Below are positions 28,614 through 32,048 of a stretch of DNA of 32,048 nt, piece by piece (position 1 is the first letter of the stretch; each line of letters opens with the position of its first letter). Made by a program: the position numbers and the translations under genes. The notes beneath the pieces were generated by a model. That model did no database searches. It had not been told where the DNA came from and saw nothing but the letters and a program-made list of their open reading frames with translations. This DNA is from Macrostomum lignano (lineage: Eukaryota): NCBI GenBank assembly GCA_002269645.1, contig NIVC01004897.1:1-32048 (forward strand). The letters are read 5' to 3'.

Positions 28614-29393
28614 GGAGCTGAGAAAGTCAGCGGTAGACTCTCACGCCACGACCCCTGGTTCGATTCCGTGTGCAAACAGACATTCATTTGGGACTTGTGT
28701 GCACGAAAATTGACCGGCGGATTGTCGTGCGATTCACAGGCCAACCCCCTCAAGGCACAGAGAGTGTACATGCCTTACGGTTAGAAAGTCAGGGGGCCGC
28801 TGTACACCCTGGGTGAGCGTGTGCCTGCCTGCGTGCAGTATTGGCAGAGTAGCCGCCGCGGCTGTGGAGCCGATCCTCCTGTACGGCATGGAAGCGGTGC
28901 CGATGACCGGCACACGAGAGCGAGCTCTGGACGCGCTCTACAGGTCCCTGCTGCGCTACGCCCTGGGCGTGCACTTCTCTGAGAGGTTGCCGTCCAGAGA
29001 CCTGATGGCCCGCGCCGGCGTTCCAGACCTGAGCGTCACCCTGCGCCGGCGCCGCCAGATGCTGCTGGGCCACTGCCTCCGGAGTCACGGCCGCGGCGAC
29101 CAAGTCCCTCTAGCGCTGGTCCTCCTGCACCAGCCGACGGAGCGGAAGCGTCGTGGCCAAGGGCGAACTGTGACGCTGACTGACTGTTTTGTGGCTGACT
29201 TGCAGGCGCTGGGTCTCAGCCCCCAGATCACAGCCGCCTGCCCCTCCCGTCTGTTTCGCGAGCGCGTGTGCGCAGGAGCCCACTAGCTTCTGCATGTCTC
29301 TATCTATCTAGCCGTCAGCGCTGGCTGTGGGACGGTGTCGCCGAGGGCGTTGCGCCAGGGTGCCCGCAGCCCTCCAGCCTTTATTATTATTTA
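28614..29393 (+). mobile_element. SINE-LINE composite: tRNA-SINE head/body fused to the 3' ~540 nt of an RTE-like non-LTR retrotransposon with a (TTA)n tail
   Basis: B-box ggttcgattcc at 28657-28667; body homologous to the 24411-24724 SINE; junction near 28850; open frame to TAG at 29284-29286; 3' UTR; ttattattattta at 29381-29393. Confidence 0.85.
28850..29286 (+). pseudogene. 5'-truncated C-terminal region of an RTE-like LINE reverse transcriptase ORF
   Basis: VEPILLYGMEAV...LLRYALGV...TLRRRRQMLLGHCLRS...RKRRGQGR...VADLQALG matches the post-RT signature of RTE-type LINEs (LLYGxE, LRxILG, GHxxR, RxRGR, DL). No stop or frameshift over ~145 codons. Confidence 0.85.
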
Positions 29394-30056
29394 CTTCGAG
29401 CTGAATTTCGGTAGTCAAGTGTTTTACGACCTATCCGAGATATTGAATTTCTCGCTATTTATCCCTGCATTCCGCATCACATAATCGATAATATCATTTA
29501 TGATGGCATAGCGCGGACAAGGGGCAGCAGAGAGGCCAGTTGTGCATCAATCAGAATGCCTTCAGAGAGGGCAGCGATCGGGATCAGTGGGGGAGGCCGG
29601 ATGCGCCACACTTATTCCCATGTCTAAAGGCTAAAGGACAGCAGCTAAAGTGGATACTTAGTGGCAGCCATGCGGTCGGCACCTCAATACGCTGCTTTGG
29701 GACAGGGAAAACCGTAGTTATCTGCTATAGAAGACGACACAGCATGATAAAGGGTAAATCCTTTGCAAGACTGGCTCGAGGCAGCTGAATAATGCTTTTA
29801 AGTAATGGCGGCGGCTAGGACTAGGGGCACCTGCGCCACAGGAATGACAGGGGGTGGGGCGAGTTTTGCTGGAAGTATGGCGGCTTGGAGCCACCTATAA
29901 ATTTACGAGATGTATTGGAGACGTACGAGTGTATGATAACTGAGTTTGCAGCTAACTAGCGGGTCAACTAGATAGAATTTCTAACTATTACTATATAGAA
30001 CTTCAAAGCTCATTGTCTCTTAGATGTTTGCATAGGCACTTTATTCACTGAGATCG

Positions 30057-30378
30057 TGTACAGCGGTCCTGACTGCCTCATCGTCACACACACACAGAGG
30101 GTGTACAGCGGTCCTGACTGCCTCATCGTCACAAACAGAGGGTGTACAGAGGTCCTGACTGCCTCATCGTCACACACAGAGGGTGTACAGCGGTCCTGAC
30201 TGTCTCATCGTCACAAACAGAGGGTGTACAGAGGTCCTGACTGTCTCATCGTCACACACAGAGGGTGTACAGCGGTCCTGGCTGTCTCATCGTCACACAC
30301 AGAGGGTGTACAGCGGTCCTGGCTGTCTCATCGTCACACACAGAGGGTGTACAGCGGTCCTGACTGGTTTATCGTCAT
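30057..30378. repeat. 41-bp minisatellite (gagggtgtacagcggtcctgactg(c/t)ctcatcgtcacacaca), ~8 copies
   Basis: gggtgtaca at 30181 and 30222; the unit resembles the SINE body. Confidence 0.95.
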
Positions 30379-31010
30379 AAACATTGTGTACCTTGCGTTT
30401 TCCGTTGGGGCAATAGCAAAAGCTGACAAAAAAGTAGGAACGGGAGCCCGGGCGCTATGCAATCGGATAAATCAGCATGTCAGAAACGGCTAATCAAAAT
30501 GAATCGCATTTTTTAAGCAGTGGTTTTCCCAGGAGCAGCAGCTGAAAGAAATAACAGCCTCCTGTCTTCTCCGAGCCAACTTCCTGGCCGGGGGGTTGGT
30601 GCCTTGAATTTTCTCTTGACTTTTCTCTTCTCGGGAGCAGCGTCCCGCTCCGCAGCTTCCGCAGAGTTCTGAGAGTCACTGCTCTGCCTCCCAGGGGAAG
30701 AGTCCCACAGGTTTCACTCTGAGAAGCCATACTGGCCGATGCGACGTGCCTCATCTCCGTTCCGGCGCTTCTCCGGGCCAGCCTGCGCGTTCTTATCTTC
30801 CCGGACGTAAGATCGAGCTACGAGTTATAATAGGCGCAGGAAGGAAGTCAGAGCAAAGGAAATTGAAGGCTCGAAAGCTGTTGGATGGTTGAGTAACTTT
30901 CTTCCTCTCCGAAATATCCTCTGAGATGTTTTCTTGATAGAAAATATTACTTTCAGCAGATACTTCATTTGTCCCTGCTGTTGCTGATTCAGCTGTGACC
31001 GTACGAGTGT

Positions 31011-31800
31011 AGATCCTTCATTTGTGTCCTCTTAGATCCTTCATTTGTGTCCTCTTAGATCCTTCATTTGTGTCCTCTTAGATCCTTCATTTGTGTCCTC
31101 TTAGATCCTTCATTTGTGTCCTCTTAGATCCTTCAGTTGTGTCCTCTTAGATCCTTCATTTGTGTCTTCTTAGATCCTTCAGTTGTGTCCTCTTAGATCC
31201 TTCAGTTGTGTCCTCTTAGATCCTGCAGTTGTGTCCTCTTAGATCCTTCATTTGTGTCCTCTTAGATCCTTCATTTGTGTCCTCTTAGATCCTTCATTTG
31301 TGTCCTCTTAGATCCTTCATTTGTGTCCTCTTAGATCCTTCATTTGTGTCCTCTTAGATCCTTCATTTGTGTCCTCTTAGATCCTTCATTTGTGTCTTCT
31401 TAGATCCTTCATTTGTGTCTTCTTAGATCCTTCAGTTGTGTCCTCTTAGATCCTGCAGTTGTGTCCTCTTAGATCCTTCATTTGTGTCCTCTTAGATCCT
31501 TCATTTGTGTCTTCTTAGATCCTTCATTTGTGTCTTCTTAGATCCTTCAGTTGTGTCCTCTTAGATCCTGCAGTTGTGTCCTCTTAGATCCTTCATTTGT
31601 GTCCTCTTAGATCCTTCATTTGTGTCCTCTTAGATCCTTCATTTGTGTCCTCTTAGATTCTTCATTTGTGTCCTCTTAGATCCTTCATTTGTGTCCTCTT
31701 AGATCCTGCAGTTGTGTCCTCTTAGATTCTTCATTTGTGTCCTCTTAGATCCTTCATTTGTGTCCTCTTAGATCCTTCAGTTGACCCCCTTAGATTCTTC
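31011..31800. repeat. 23-bp minisatellite (cttagatccttcatttgtgtcct), ~34 copies
   Basis: Period 23; variants cagtt, ctgcag, tctt. Confidence 0.98.
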
Positions 31801-32048
31801 AATTTATCTCTCCAAGGTAATATAGTTTTTTTAATTTAGAAACTTAACATCAAGGACTACTTATGAACTTAAGTTCTTATAAGTAAGCTTATGAGCTTAA
31901 GTTCTTAAGTAGTCCTTGCTTAACATATCTTCTTGGATCCCAAATTCATATTTTAAGATCCCACTCCACCCTAGCGACATTTTCATTTTAGAATGCGTTC
32001 TTTGCTCTAAATAAACTTCAATGTCAAACAAGTTTCAAATTTTGGCCG

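Noticed and set aside
28850-29393. LINE simply inserted into a pre-existing SINE
   Set aside because: The rest of the SINE tail and a TSD should follow the (TTA)n; instead unrelated sequence (cttcgagctgaatttc) follows.
30494-31005. Minus-strand protein-like stretches (REDKNAQAGPEKRR..., AAPEKRKVKRKFKAP)
   Set aside because: An in-frame TGA splits them and I could not build a consistent exon chain. They may be real but cannot be supported here.

Overview
Eukaryotic (animal, probably invertebrate) genomic DNA. About 13 kb (~40%) is simple or tandem repeat, which explains most of the long ORFs in the ORF track. The left half holds a spliced anoctamin/TMEM16 gene on the minus strand. I assembled it by hand into 16 exons with GT-AG boundaries and consistent phases (15380->1634, 2592 nt, 863 aa; first exon tentative). 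Seven of its introns carry their own unrelated mini- or microsatellite. The right half holds a weakly supported plus-strand spliced gene (~21.9-25.0 kb), the first coding exon of an atypical class A GPCR-like protein (25908-26195), and the most interesting element, a tRNA-derived SINE family seen in two forms. The short form (24411-24724, minus) is tRNA head + body + 65-nt LINE-derived tail. The long form (28614-29393, plus) has the same head and body joined at a TAGCCG microhomology to ~540 nt of an RTE-like LINE 3' end, including an open RT C-terminal frame and a (TTA)n tail. A nearby 41-bp minisatellite appears to derive from the SINE body. All alignments were done by eye; no database search was run.
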